A DNA stretch of 32,000 nucleotides, from the NCBI RefSeq assembly GCF_040681245.1, contig NZ_JBFAYI010000006.1:19198-51197 (forward strand), read 5' to 3'. The stretch's first letter is position 1. Every line of letters starts with the position of its first letter. The notes under the pieces are model-generated. The model searched no databases, was not told the DNA's origin, and saw only the letters and a list, made by a program, of their open reading frames with translations. The stretch is from Lentzea sp. NPDC051838 (GTDB lineage: Bacteria > Actinomycetota > Actinomycetes > Mycobacteriales > Pseudonocardiaceae). A program made the position numbers and the translations under genes. This document shows, in pieces, positions 1-14,011 of this stretch.

Positions 1-243
1 GCAGACGCGTTCGACCGCCTCGCCGAGGAGTTCCAGGTCTGCCAGGAATTCCAGGCGGCGGCGTTTGGGCAGGTTGGTGAGGCGCTCGACGTTCGGTGTG
101 TCGACCAGCAGGACGCAGTAGCCCGGTAGGAACTGCACGTCACCGATGGCCGCGAAGCCCGCGTTGAGGCGCCGCAGCACGGTGGGGTTCAGGCCGCGCA
201 ACGACGACCCGATCCGGTCCTGTTTCCAGTCGTCCACCCTCAC
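1..243 (-). CDS. HIT-family-like protein, N-terminal part only (runs off window start)
   Basis: Manual reverse-strand translation from GTG at 243 gives VRVDDWKQDRIGSSLRGLNPTVLRRLNAGFAAIGDVQFLPGYCVLLVDTPNVERLTNLPKRRLEFLADLELLGEAVERVC, resembling HIT-family N-termini (IGDVQFLPGYCVLL). Stop is outside the window. Confidence 0.65.
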   Translation of the reverse strand, partial: MRVDDWKQDRIGSSLRGLNPTVLRRLNAGFAAIGDVQFLPGYCVLLVDTPNVERLTNLPKRRRLEFLADLELLGEAVERVC

Positions 244-950
244 ACCTTCCCGAGCGGTCCTGGATCGGGCAAACCGAACTGGCCCGCGAAGTCCGCTTGG
301 AAGGCGAGCTGCTCCCGCATCGAGACGGCGCTGCGCGTGGTGCCTGCGACGTCCTCCGCGCCCTCCTTGGAGAACAGCGGCGGGAACATGGTGATCACGT
401 CGCGCAGGCCGAGTTGTGCCACCTCGTCCCGCCAGGTCGGCCAGAACACGGTGGAGTAGTACTCCTCCAGGCCGCCCTCCAGCATCCACATGAGCCACGC
501 GCTGTGCCCGCCGTCGAAGGTCTCCCACTCCAGCGAGTCCGGCGCGAAGTAGACGACCTGGCCCGGCTCACCCGGCCGCCCGTACGACGCGCAGTCCATG
601 CCGTTCAAGGCGAACGCACCGCCGAGCACGTCATGAGCGAGGACCAATCCCGCCTGTGGCGCCCACGACGGGTCGGGATCCGCGGGGAACCCGTTCACCT
701 CGGCCAGGCTCGGCAGGTCGGCACCCGATCCGCCGTAGACGCGCAGCCAGCCGTGGTGCAGCAACAGCCCACCGCTGTTCAGCGTCACGGCGCCCAGCAA
801 CGACCGCGCTGTCACCTGCAACTGCAGCAGCGTCGCGCGGCAGGCCTCCGAGTCCGGCGGCAGTGCGGCGTGATCCCCCTCGGCCAGCGCCTCCACCACC
901 ACGGGCCAGCCCGGCTCGTCGACGTCGACGAGTTCGGTGAGGTCGCGCAT
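240..950 (-). CDS. DUF2625-family protein
   Basis: ORF 240..965; the ATG at 950 (MRDLTELVDVDEPGW...) overlaps the upstream stop as TGATG. Family-like features: LLHHGWLRVYGGSG, GGAFALNG, PGQVVYFAPDSLEWE. Confidence 0.7.
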   Translation of the reverse strand: MRDLTELVDVDEPGWPVVVEALAEGDHAALPPDSEACRATLLQLQVTARSLLGAVTLNSGGLLLHHGWLRVYGGSGADLPSLAEVNGFPADPDPSWAPQAGLVLAHDVLGGAFALNGMDCASYGRPGEPGQVVYFAPDSLEWETFDGGHSAWLMWMLEGGLEEYYSTVFWPTWRDEVAQLGLRDVITMFPPLFSKEGAEDVAGTTRSAVSMREQLAFQADFAGQFGLPDPGPLGKV

Positions 951-1675
951 CACCGGCGCCACCACCGCTTGGGCCGCTGTTGGGGCGCCCTCACCGGATC
1001 CAGTTCCAACGCGTCCAGCTCGGCGATCGAGTCGGCGTGGGTGGCGACGTTGAGGGCGAGTGTGCCCAGCTGAGGGGCCTCGTCACCGAGCGGCACCTCA
1101 GCGAGCAGGACCTCCATCAGCCGCTCCCCCGATGCCGACGGAAGCGGCTCGTCCACGGCCAGGTGCAGCATCAGGTGCTCCGCTCCGGTGTCGCGCCATC
1201 GCGCCTGCGACACCCAGACCGCCCGGATCGCCGGGAACTCGGGAAGACGGCGCCCCAGGGCCTCTCGCAGGGCCAGAGCCACCGGGTGGGTGGTCGGGCG
1301 CAGCAGGAGCTCCTGTCCCGCGCCCCGCAGGCCTCGCTGACGCAACGTGTGGAGCAGCAGCGGGGTGGGCACGCGCGCCCAGCCGTGATCCGAGTGCAGG
1401 GCCAGGCCACCGACGCCCGTCTGCTGCGTGATGTCCACCAGGCGCAGGGCGTCGCAGTGCACGGATCCGGCCGCGTCCGGCAGCTTGTCGGCGCAGCACG
1501 CTTCGCTGACGAAGCCGGGCAGGACAGGCTCGTCGTCCGAGCCCTTGAGGAACACCACGGACCCGTTGGCGTGCACGGGAACGAACACCCCGTGGTCGAC
1601 CAGCGCTCCGAGCAGCTGCTCGGATTCGGACTCGGCTGCTTGGCGGTCGAGTATGTCGGCCAGCGCGTCGTTCAC
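950..1675 (-). CDS. SseB-like / enhanced serine sensitivity-type protein
   Basis: 241-aa ORF with ...VFVPVHANGSVVFLKGSDDEPVLPGFVSE... in the N-terminal region and a C-terminal AIRAVWVSQARWRDTGAEHLMLHLAV-like domain, similar to SseB-family proteins. Confidence 0.6.
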   Translation of the reverse strand: MNDALADILDRQAAESESEQLLGALVDHGVFVPVHANGSVVFLKGSDDEPVLPGFVSEACCADKLPDAAGSVHCDALRLVDITQQTGVGGLALHSDHGWARVPTPLLLHTLRQRGLRGAGQELLLRPTTHPVALALREALGRRLPEFPAIRAVWVSQARWRDTGAEHLMLHLAVDEPLPSASGERLMEVLLAEVPLGDEAPQLGTLALNVATHADSIAELDALELDPVRAPQQRPKRWWRR

Positions 1676-1736
1676 GGTTCCCCCAGGAAGAAGCCCGGCC
1701 GCCCCAACGCGGGGCGACCGGGCTCAACCCTAGAGG

Positions 1737-7205
<5,469 letters not shown>

Positions 7206-7387
7206 CGACTTGACTCCTCGCGGACGCACAAACCTCAGCGGCAGTCGCCGCTCAATCGATGTACACACTCTCGTCTACTACCCGGTAGGAAAACCGCTAG
7301 ATCGAAGCGAGTTGAGCAGCGTGCTTTGTATGAAACCAACAAGCAACCAGGTCCTCGGCACAGGATCACTTGAGCCCGTGGCCCAAC

Positions 7388-8521
7388 TCACGGCTTCACC
7401 CGCGACCACCCGAACAACGCGGCGAACACGAGCGGTAGCGCTGTGATGACCAAAGCGGCCCGCACCGACAGCGCGTCGGCCAGAACTCCCCCGGCCAGCG
7501 CCCCCGTGGGCTGCCCGATTCCGAAGGTCACCATGCGTCCGGCCAGGTTGACCCTCCCCTGTAGCCGGTCGGGCGTCGCGAGCTGACGCACGGTGAGCCC
7601 GTTGACGATCACGATCGTCGAGGTCAGGCCCCACAGCGCGGTGCAGGCCACGGCGAGCCACCACAGGTCCACTCCGGCCAGCAGCGCGAGCACACCGACC
7701 CCTGCGGACAGTCCTGATGTCGTCACTCGACGGGGCGGGCACGCTTCGCTGATCTTGGGCATCAGGACGGTCGCGGCGAACGACCCGGCGGCCAGCGCGC
7801 TGAACAGCACTCCGACCTGTTCCGGGGCGGCGAAGACGCGGAAGGCGTAGACGACGATCAGACCGGACACCGCGCCGCCCGCGATCGCCTGACCGACCCC
7901 CAAGGCGGTGAAGAGCCGGACTGTGGGTTCCCTCCAGAGGAACTCCAGTCCCTCCCGGATGTCCGCTTTGAGGGAGATTCGCGGTTCCGGGGCCTGGTTC
8001 AGCGGCCTCAGGATCATTCGGACGAGCACGGCGGAAACAGCGAAACTGAGCGCGTCGAGAGCCATCGTCCCGGCCGGGCCGATGGCCGCGATGAGGACTC
8101 CGGCCGCGGACGGGGCCGCGATGTGCACGGCGGTGGAGGCGCTCCAGATCGCGCTGTTCGCCTTGATGAGGTTCTCGCAGCCGACGAGCGCGGGCACGGC
8201 GCCGAAGTTGGCCGCGTCGAACCACACGTTCACGCTCGCCACTCCCCCGGCGACGAGCAGCAGGTGCAGTGGCTTGAGTGCGTCGGCGGCCGCCGCCACG
8301 GGCACGCTCGCGAGGAGCCCGGCGCTGACGAGGTCCGTGACGACCATGACCGTGCGCCGGTGCATGCGATCCACGAGCGCGCCCGCGAGCAGCCCGAACA
8401 CGAGGTACGGCGCGGCGGTCAGTGCCGCGAGTGCTGCCGTGTGCACGGCGCTGCCGGTGAGCGAGTACATGAGGACGGGCAGCGCGACGCCCGACACCGC
8501 GGACCCGGCGGTCGAGATCAC
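7388..8521 (-). CDS. MFS transporter (multidrug exporter-like)
   Basis: 377-aa hydrophobic ORF with MFS-like features (GLLAGALVDRMHRRTVMVVTDL, LQGRVNLAGRMVTFGIGQPTGALAGG). The 5' end is probably incomplete (see findings). Confidence 0.8.
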   Translation of the reverse strand: MISTAGSAVSGVALPVLMYSLTGSAVHTAALAALTAAPYLVFGLLAGALVDRMHRRTVMVVTDLVSAGLLASVPVAAAADALKPLHLLLVAGGVASVNVWFDAANFGAVPALVGCENLIKANSAIWSASTAVHIAAPSAAGVLIAAIGPAGTMALDALSFAVSAVLVRMILRPLNQAPEPRISLKADIREGLEFLWREPTVRLFTALGVGQAIAGGAVSGLIVVYAFRVFAAPEQVGVLFSALAAGSFAATVLMPKISEACPPRRVTTSGLSAGVGVLALLAGVDLWWLAVACTALWGLTSTIVIVNGLTVRQLATPDRLQGRVNLAGRMVTFGIGQPTGALAGGVLADALSVRAALVITALPLVFAALFGWSRVKP

Positions 8522-8573
8522 CCTGGCGAGCCAGAGCTTCCCGAACTCGCGGTCGGCCCAGAGCGTCTGTTGA

Positions 8574-9065
8574 TCAGGATTGCGGAACTCGGATCACATC
8601 CCCGGGGTGGATCACGTTGGGGTTCGTGATGATGTGCGGGTTCGCGCGGACCAACCGGGTGTAGAGGTTGCCGTTGCCGTAGAACTGCTGGGCGATCCCC
8701 CAGAGCGTGTCGCCGGCCTTGACCGTGTACTCCTGGTAGACGCGGTAGCCGGGCACGATCCGCGGCCCGTACACCACCGGCACGATGATCTTGTCGAGCT
8801 CGGCGCCGTCCTTGGGCGACACCCAGAACACCTCGACGTAGAGCCGGTCGAGCGCGAACGACGCACCGGACACGTCGACGCTCACCTGGAACTGGCCGTG
8901 GCCACCCGTGCCGTCGCCGGCCATGAACCCGCCGGTGACCTCGTCGTGCCCTTCGTGGATGCGGTAGTTGAACTGCGCCTCGAACGCTCGGCCCGCGGTG
9001 CCGCCGATCAGGACGTGGCTGCCGACGAGGCCGAGCGAGCGCGGTTGCTGAACATCGATGGACAT
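8574..9065 (-). CDS. Gmad2-like immunoglobulin-type domain plus C-terminal LysM protein
   Basis: From ATG at 9065: MSIDVQQPRSLGLVGSHVLIGGTAGRAFEAQFNYRI...; C-terminal LysM YTVKAGDTLWGIAQQFYGNGNLYTRLVRANPHIITNPNVIHPGDVIRVP. Confidence 0.75.
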   Translation of the reverse strand: MSIDVQQPRSLGLVGSHVLIGGTAGRAFEAQFNYRIHEGHDEVTGGFMAGDGTGGHGQFQVSVDVSGASFALDRLYVEVFWVSPKDGAELDKIIVPVVYGPRIVPGYRVYQEYTVKAGDTLWGIAQQFYGNGNLYTRLVRANPHIITNPNVIHPGDVIRVPQS

Positions 9066-9146
9066 GTAGTCCCCCTTCCACCCCTGTATGTCGTGGGGCG
9101 GAACGGGGGCGTTGCCCCGGGTCACCCCGGTGGCGCAACGTCCAAG

Positions 9147-9226
9147 TGGTGGAGGACGGAGTCGAACCGCCTTTGCCGGAGCTCCCGTTTTACAGACGGG
9201 CGGGGCTCCACAGCCCCATCTCCACC
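9147..9226 (-). tRNA. tRNA-Tyr(GUA)-like gene with non-canonical D arm and short variable arm
   Basis: Minus strand GGTGGAG-AT-GGGG-CTGTGGAG-CCCC-G-CCCGT-CTGTAAA-ACGGG-AGCTCCGGCAAA-GGCGG-TTCGACT-CCGTC-CTCCACC-A. Perfect 7-bp acceptor, perfect 5-bp anticodon stem with loop CTGTAAA (anticodon GTA), T loop TTCGACT, T stem with one G-T pair. CCA is not encoded. Confidence 0.65.
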
Positions 9227-9348
9227 ATTGTGCAAATGCATTTTCTACCGCTCTGAGCTGCGGTGATGTGACTATCTTGAGGGTTCTGACGGGTTTGGCT
9301 CAACCGATTATTCGAAACGTGTTCCGGGGTGCGGGCGATATCCGGGAC

Positions 9349-11922
9349 GTGAAGGTGGTGGGGCGGAGTCGCGAGCTCGCGATGGCGCGGTCGTGGCTGG
9401 CGGCGGAGAGCGGCGGGCTGGTGCTGTGCGGCGGTGAGCCCGGCATCGGCAAGACGAGGCTCGCCCAGGAGCTGGCCGGGCATGCGCTCGCGCTGGGTCG
9501 TGAGGTCGTGTGGGGGCACTGCGTCGAAACGTCTGGCGCGCCGGCGTTCTGGCCGTGGCGGCAGGTCCTGAAGGCGGTCGGCGCTGACCCCGACGTGGTG
9601 CTGGCACACGACGCCGAGGTGCCGCAGGACAGATTCCGGGTGTTCGACGCGGTCGCTTCCGCGCTGGACCGTCCCGGCCTGGTGATCGTGCTCGAGGACG
9701 TGCACTGGGCCGACCAGGCGTCGTTGCTCGTGCTCTCCCACCTCGCCACCCAGTTGCGGCCGGTGCTGATCTTCGCGACGTTCCGCGACCCGTGCCCGGC
9801 GGTCGCTGATCTCATGCGCTCGGCGGTGCTGCGCATCGACCTGCACGGCCTGTCCCACGACGAGGTCGCCGAGCTGGTCGGCCTTGAGCGTGCTGCCGCG
9901 GTCATGTCGTTGACCAGCGGAAACCCCTTGTTCGTCACGGAGATCGCACGTGCGGTGGACGACGGGACTTGGCGCCCGGACCAGCCGCCGCGCAGCGTCC
10001 GGGACATCGTGACCGGGCGTCTCGCGCGGCTGTCGTCCGATGCGCGGGAGCTGGTGCGCACAGCCGCGTTGATCGGTCGCGACTTCGACGTTGACCTCGC
10101 CGCCAGCGCTTCCGGGCTGCCGATCTCCGCGTTGGACGAGGCCACGCCGTTGATCGACGCGACCGGGCACCGGTTCACGCACGCGCTGACCCGCGATGCC
10201 GTCGAGGCCTCGCTCACCACCGCCGAACGCCGGGCGATCCACCGCCGGATCGCGTCGGCGATGACCGACAGCACGCGCTATGCCGACGTTGCCCGGCACT
10301 GGAGTGCTTGCGGGGAAGCAGAACTGGCGCGTGCGTGGACGATCCGCGCGGCCGAGGACGCGGTGCGGCGGCTGGCCTACGAGGAAGGCGTGCGGCTCTA
10401 CCGGGCTGCGGCGTCCATTCAGGACAGCTGCGAGGTGCAGGTTGCCTTGGGCCGCGCGGCTTACTTCTCGGGTGATCTCGCGGGATGTGTCGAAGCCGCT
10501 CAGCGCGCCGCCGAGCTGGCCTCGACGCCGGAACAGCTCGCCGAGGCCGCGCTGGTGCTCGAAGCCGCACCGGGCGCCGGGGTGAACGCGGTCGCGACCC
10601 CGTTGTGCGACAACGCACTCCGGCAGCCGGTCAGTCCCGCGACCCGCGCGCGGCTGCTCGCCCAGCGCAGCCATCTCGCGTTCTACCGCGGCGAACAGCA
10701 CCGCCTCGACTCGGTGAGCAGCGAAGCCCTGGTGCTGGCGCGGCAGAGCGGCGACGACCGCGCGCTCGCCGAAGCCCTGCACGCCCGGCAGGAGGCGTGC
10801 CCCGGCCCGTCCGGTCGTGCGGAACGGCTCGGGCTCGCCACCGAGATGATCGACCTCGCGCACCGCACGAGGAGTCCCCGCGGTGCCATGTGGGGCTCGA
10901 TGTGGCGGATCCACGCGTTGATCGAGAGCGGCTCACTCGCTGCCGCACAGGAAGAACTGCCCGCTTTGAAGCTCGCTTGCGACCGGGTCGGCGGCGCGGT
11001 TCCGTTGTGGCACCTGGAGATCGTGACGGCCTGCCTGGCTCAGGCGCAGGGACGGTTCGATGAGGCGCGTTCGGTCGGCCGGCACGCCTACGACCGCATG
11101 CGGGTGATCGAACGCGAACCGGCTTCCGGCGCGTACTTCGCGTTGCAGTGCGGTCTGGCGTGTCATCTGAGCCCGACCGAGGACGGTTTGGAGCTGGCCC
11201 GCCACTTCCACGACCCGCCGCCGCGGTTCCGGCTGATGTCGAAGCTGACGCGGGCGTTCCTGTTGCTGCGCGCGGGTTTCCGCGACGAGGCACTGGAGTG
11301 GTACCGCCGCAGCGGCCCGATCGCCGACTGGGACCTGCCCGCGTTCTTCGTGGTGCCGGGCCTGGTCGACGCCGTGCTCGTCACATCAGGGCTGGGCCTG
11401 CTCGACGACCTCGCCGAGATCCTGCCGCGCCTGGAGGCGTTCCGCGGCGAGCACGCGGCCGGCAACGGCGTCGCGTACATGGGGCCTGCGTCGCTGGCCT
11501 TGGGCCGCGGGCGCCTGGCTTTGGGTGAGTACGAGGACGCTGTCGTGGACCTGACCGCCGCCAAGGACGAGGCGTCTCAGGCGGGCGCGGCTGCGTTCGC
11601 GGCCGAGGCTCGCTGGCATCTCGCGGCCGCGTTGCGCGCGTTGGGCCGTGACGCCGACACCGTGCAACGCGCCGCCGACCGCGCCATCCGCACGTTGGGC
11701 ATGACCGCGTTCACCGTGGCCGAGCTGAGCAGCCGCGAGCACGAGGTGGCCCGGCTGGTCACCGACGGCCTGACCAACCGCCAGATCGCCACGCGGCTGG
11801 TGATCTCCGAACGCACCGCGCAGAACCACGTCCAGCACATCCTGACCAAGCTCGGCTTCAGCACCCGCACCCAGATCGCGGCGTGGATGAGTACCCGTCC
11901 GAGTACTCCGGCGGATGGCTGA
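9349..11922 (+). CDS. LAL-type LuxR-family transcriptional regulator with N-terminal AAA ATPase
   Basis: Probable GTG start at 9349 (VKVVGRSRELAMARSWLA); Walker A GGEPGIGKT, Walker B LVIVLEDVHWAD, C-terminal LuxR HTH ELSSREHEVARLVTDGLTNRQIATRLVISERTAQNHVQHILTKLG. Confidence 0.88.
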   Translation: MKVVGRSRELAMARSWLAAESGGLVLCGGEPGIGKTRLAQELAGHALALGREVVWGHCVETSGAPAFWPWRQVLKAVGADPDVVLAHDAEVPQDRFRVFDAVASALDRPGLVIVLEDVHWADQASLLVLSHLATQLRPVLIFATFRDPCPAVADLMRSAVLRIDLHGLSHDEVAELVGLERAAAVMSLTSGNPLFVTEIARAVDDGTWRPDQPPRSVRDIVTGRLARLSSDARELVRTAALIGRDFDVDLAASASGLPISALDEATPLIDATGHRFTHALTRDAVEASLTTAERRAIHRRIASAMTDSTRYADVARHWSACGEAELARAWTIRAAEDAVRRLAYEEGVRLYRAAASIQDSCEVQVALGRAAYFSGDLAGCVEAAQRAAELASTPEQLAEAALVLEAAPGAGVNAVATPLCDNALRQPVSPATRARLLAQRSHLAFYRGEQHRLDSVSSEALVLARQSGDDRALAEALHARQEACPGPSGRAERLGLATEMIDLAHRTRSPRGAMWGSMWRIHALIESGSLAAAQEELPALKLACDRVGGAVPLWHLEIVTACLAQAQGRFDEARSVGRHAYDRMRVIEREPASGAYFALQCGLACHLSPTEDGLELARHFHDPPPRFRLMSKLTRAFLLLRAGFRDEALEWYRRSGPIADWDLPAFFVVPGLVDAVLVTSGLGLLDDLAEILPRLEAFRGEHAAGNGVAYMGPASLALGRGRLALGEYEDAVVDLTAAKDEASQAGAAAFAAEARWHLAAALRALGRDADTVQRAADRAIRTLGMTAFTVAELSSREHEVARLVTDGLTNRQIATRLVISERTAQNHVQHILTKLGFSTRTQIAAWMSTRPSTPADG

Positions 11923-11973
11923 CCAGCTCGTTCTTCCTAGGTTTGGAGCCACACCGCACCGAGGAGGAACACC

Positions 11974-12249
11974 ATGTGGCTCACCATCGCGACCCCGCCC
12001 ACCCAGTCCCTGGACAAGCTCGACCAGATGATGGGCGCACTCGTCCCGGACGGCCTGCGCGCCCGCTACGCCTGCCAGGCCGACGGCAAGTTCCAGATCA
12101 TCGCCGTGTGGGAGACGAAGGACCACGCCGACCGCTTCTTCCGCGAGACCCTCGGCCCCGTGCTGGCTCGTGTGCTGGGCCCGGAACCGGCCGGCGCCCC
12201 CGCGGTCACCGGCTACGAGGTGCTGCGGGAGTTCGTGCCCGTCAGTTGA
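11974..12249 (+). CDS. Small protein, possibly dimeric alpha-beta barrel/monooxygenase-like
   Basis: 91 aa, GAGGAGGAACACC-ATG ribosome-binding context, immediately downstream of the LAL regulator. Confidence 0.6.
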   Translation: MWLTIATPPTQSLDKLDQMMGALVPDGLRARYACQADGKFQIIAVWETKDHADRFFRETLGPVLARVLGPEPAGAPAVTGYEVLREFVPVS

Positions 12250-12718
12250 GGACGGCGATCGACACGTTGAGGGCCGCCGCGAAGCTCACCCACGCCAGGT
12301 AGGGCGCGAGGAGCAGCGCGGCGGCCCTGCTGCGCCACCAGAACACGACCACCACCGCGACGATCGCGAGCCACAGCAGCACGATCTCGGCGAACGCGAC
12401 CCCGTACCAGCCGAGCCCGAAGAACAACGGCGTCCACGCCGCGTTCAGCACCAGCTGCACCCCGAACACGGTCAGCTCGGCCCGCGACGCGCCGTTCCGC
12501 CACGCCAGCCACCCGGACGCCGCGATCATCGCGTACAGCACCGTCCACACAAGACCGAACAGCCACGCGGGAGGTGCCCAGCCCGGACGGCGCAGCGCGA
12601 GGTACTCGTCGCCGGCCGAGATCGAGAACAGCGATCCGACCACGGCGGTCACGACGACAGCCACGATGAACACGAACAGCACCCGGACGGGGTGGTGCCG
12701 CAGCGGCAACGTCGTCAT
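12242..12718 (-). CDS. TspO/MBR family protein
   Basis: ATG at 12718; five predicted helices with RRPGWAPPAWLFGLVWTVLYAMIAASGWLAW and LNAAWTPLFFGL, hallmark TspO motifs. Confidence 0.9.
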   Translation of the reverse strand: MTTLPLRHHPVRVLFVFIVAVVVTAVVGSLFSISAGDEYLALRRPGWAPPAWLFGLVWTVLYAMIAASGWLAWRNGASRAELTVFGVQLVLNAAWTPLFFGLGWYGVAFAEIVLLWLAIVAVVVVFWWRSRAAALLLAPYLAWVSFAAALNVSIAVLN

Positions 12719-13011
12719 GAGGAACTCCCGAATGGCAGAGCGCGGATGATGGCGAGCACCGTCGCGCGACTCGGGGCCGCGCGTTCGGCGTCGTCGAGCA
12801 GGGAGATCTCGTCCGCCAGCACTGCCTGACGGATCTGGTCGGCGACGCCGGGAAGCTCCCACCGCAACGCCTCGACCAGCCTGCCCCTCAAGGCACGCCC
12901 CGCCGGGTCGTCGGACGGCAGCACCTTCCAGTGCGCGCGCAGGACGCGCTCGGCCACCTCCTCGCCCCCGACCGCCCACAGCAGGCGGATCATCCGGTCG
13001 GCGAGGCCCAT
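12715..13011 (-). CDS. Hypothetical protein, 98 aa, co-transcribed with TspO
   Basis: Stop overlaps the TspO start as ATGA; starts 10 bp after the MerR-type gene stop. Confidence 0.65.
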   Translation of the reverse strand: MGLADRMIRLLWAVGGEEVAERVLRAHWKVLPSDDPAGRALRGRLVEALRWELPGVADQIRQAVLADEISLLDDAERAAPSRATVLAIIRALPFGSSS

Positions 13012-13021
13012 GCCCCGAAGT

Positions 13022-13810
13022 CTAGATTCGATTCAAAATCGTTTCAACCGCAGCGGCGAGCGTGCCCACGCGCTGGACGTCTCCTGAAAGCGGCACGTCC
13101 TCCCAACCTGGGCCCGCCACCAGCACGTGAGTCCCGGCCAGCTCCGCCAACGGCACCTGATCCGCGTGCACCCGATCGTGTGCCCACACGAACACCACCT
13201 CCGGCGCCAGCCGCTTCACGGCACTGACCAGCGCGGTGGCAGGCACCCGAGCGCCGAGGTTCCGCGACGCTTGGCCCCGCTCGGCAAGGGCAGCAGCGAG
13301 CACGTCCAACGGCAGACTGTGCTGCTCCTCCGGCGCACACGCCAGCAGCACCGACGGCACCCCGGCCGCCGCCCCCGACACCCTCATCGCGTCGGAGATG
13401 CTGAGGCTCGCGACGTGCTCGACCTCGACCCCGGAGGCCGTCGCCGACACCCGTTCACCCAGCTCGACCAGGAACGGCATCAGCACCGCGTCCCACGTGT
13501 GCACGACGCCGTGGCGAGCGATCAGCCCCACGGCCACCCGGCGCATTCGTGCCGCGTCGAGCTCGTCGGCCGCAGCCCAGAAGTCGGGGTCACCGGACGA
13601 CGTCAGCGAGGCGGCGGCCGACGCGGGCGCGACACCCGACGCGGTGAGCTCGACCATGCGCTTGAGGCGCACGACGTCGTCATCGTTGTACCGCCGGTGC
13701 TTGCCCTCGTGGCGCGTGCTGGGCCCTAGGCCGTAGCGGCGGTCCCAGGTGCGCAGGGTTGTCGGCGAGATGCCGAGCATCCGCGCGACCGCTCCGGCAC
13801 TCCACTCCAC
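13022..13810 (-). CDS. MerR-family regulator with cobalamin-binding-like C-terminal domain (CarH/LitR-related)
   Basis: GTG start at 13810. HTH SAGAVARMLGISPTTLRTWDRRYGLGPS; V-x9-EH in place of W-x9-EH (ERVSATASGVEVEHVAS); PEEQHSLPLDVLAAAL resembling the ExHxxG B12 motif region. Confidence 0.85.
   Translation of the reverse strand: MEWSAGAVARMLGISPTTLRTWDRRYGLGPSTRHEGKHRRYNDDDVVRLKRMVELTASGVAPASAAASLTSSGDPDFWAAADELDAARMRRVAVGLIARHGVVHTWDAVLMPFLVELGERVSATASGVEVEHVASLSISDAMRVSGAAAGVPSVLLACAPEEQHSLPLDVLAAALAERGQASRNLGARVPATALVSAVKRLAPEVVFVWAHDRVHADQVPLAELAGTHVLVAGPGWEDVPLSGDVQRVGTLAAAVETILNRI
13029..13043. promoter_or_regulatory. Putative MerR-type operator, copy A (CGATTCAAAATCGTT)
   Basis: Exact reverse-complement match to the motif at 13827-13841; inverted repeat CGATT-CAA-AATCG; lies just upstream of the 98-aa/TspO operon, inside the last codons of the MerR gene. 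Confidence 0.5.
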
Positions 13811-13826
13811 CGCTCACCTCCGCTGC

Positions 13827-13841
13827 AACGATTTTGAATCG
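13827..13841. promoter_or_regulatory. Putative MerR-type operator, copy B (AACGATTTTGAATCG)
   Basis: 17 bp upstream of the MerR-type GTG start; same 15-bp sequence as copy A; core ACGATT-TTG-AATCGT. Confidence 0.55.
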
Positions 13842-13891
13842 TAATGCGACGGCGCGGGTAACGTGCGGATCGACCCGAACGAGCTTCAGAT

Positions 13892-14002
13892 ATGACAGAG
13901 CGGGAGGACGGCAGCCCTCACCCCGGTGACGGCTCCGTGTATGAAGAACCCGAAGGAATCGACTACGCCGAGTCCGACGTCGTTGCCTGCGACGAGACCT
14001 GA
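13892..14002 (+). CDS. Possible small acidic protein, 36 aa
   Basis: Manual translation MTEREDGSPHPGDGSVYEEPEGIDYAESDVVACDET*; followed directly by a strong hairpin. No clear ribosome-binding site. Confidence 0.35.
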   Translation: MTEREDGSPHPGDGSVYEEPEGIDYAESDVVACDET

Positions 14003-14011
14003 GCCGAACAC

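Noticed and set aside
9147-9226. Reading the tRNA anticodon as TGT (Thr)
   Set aside because: That register would place C rather than the conserved T before the anticodon; the perfect 5-bp stem CCCGT/ACGGG with loop CTGTAAA puts T33 and GTA correctly.
13892-14002. RbpA, often found beside ppm1 in actinobacteria
   Set aside because: The ORF here is only 36 aa and has no resemblance to RbpA.
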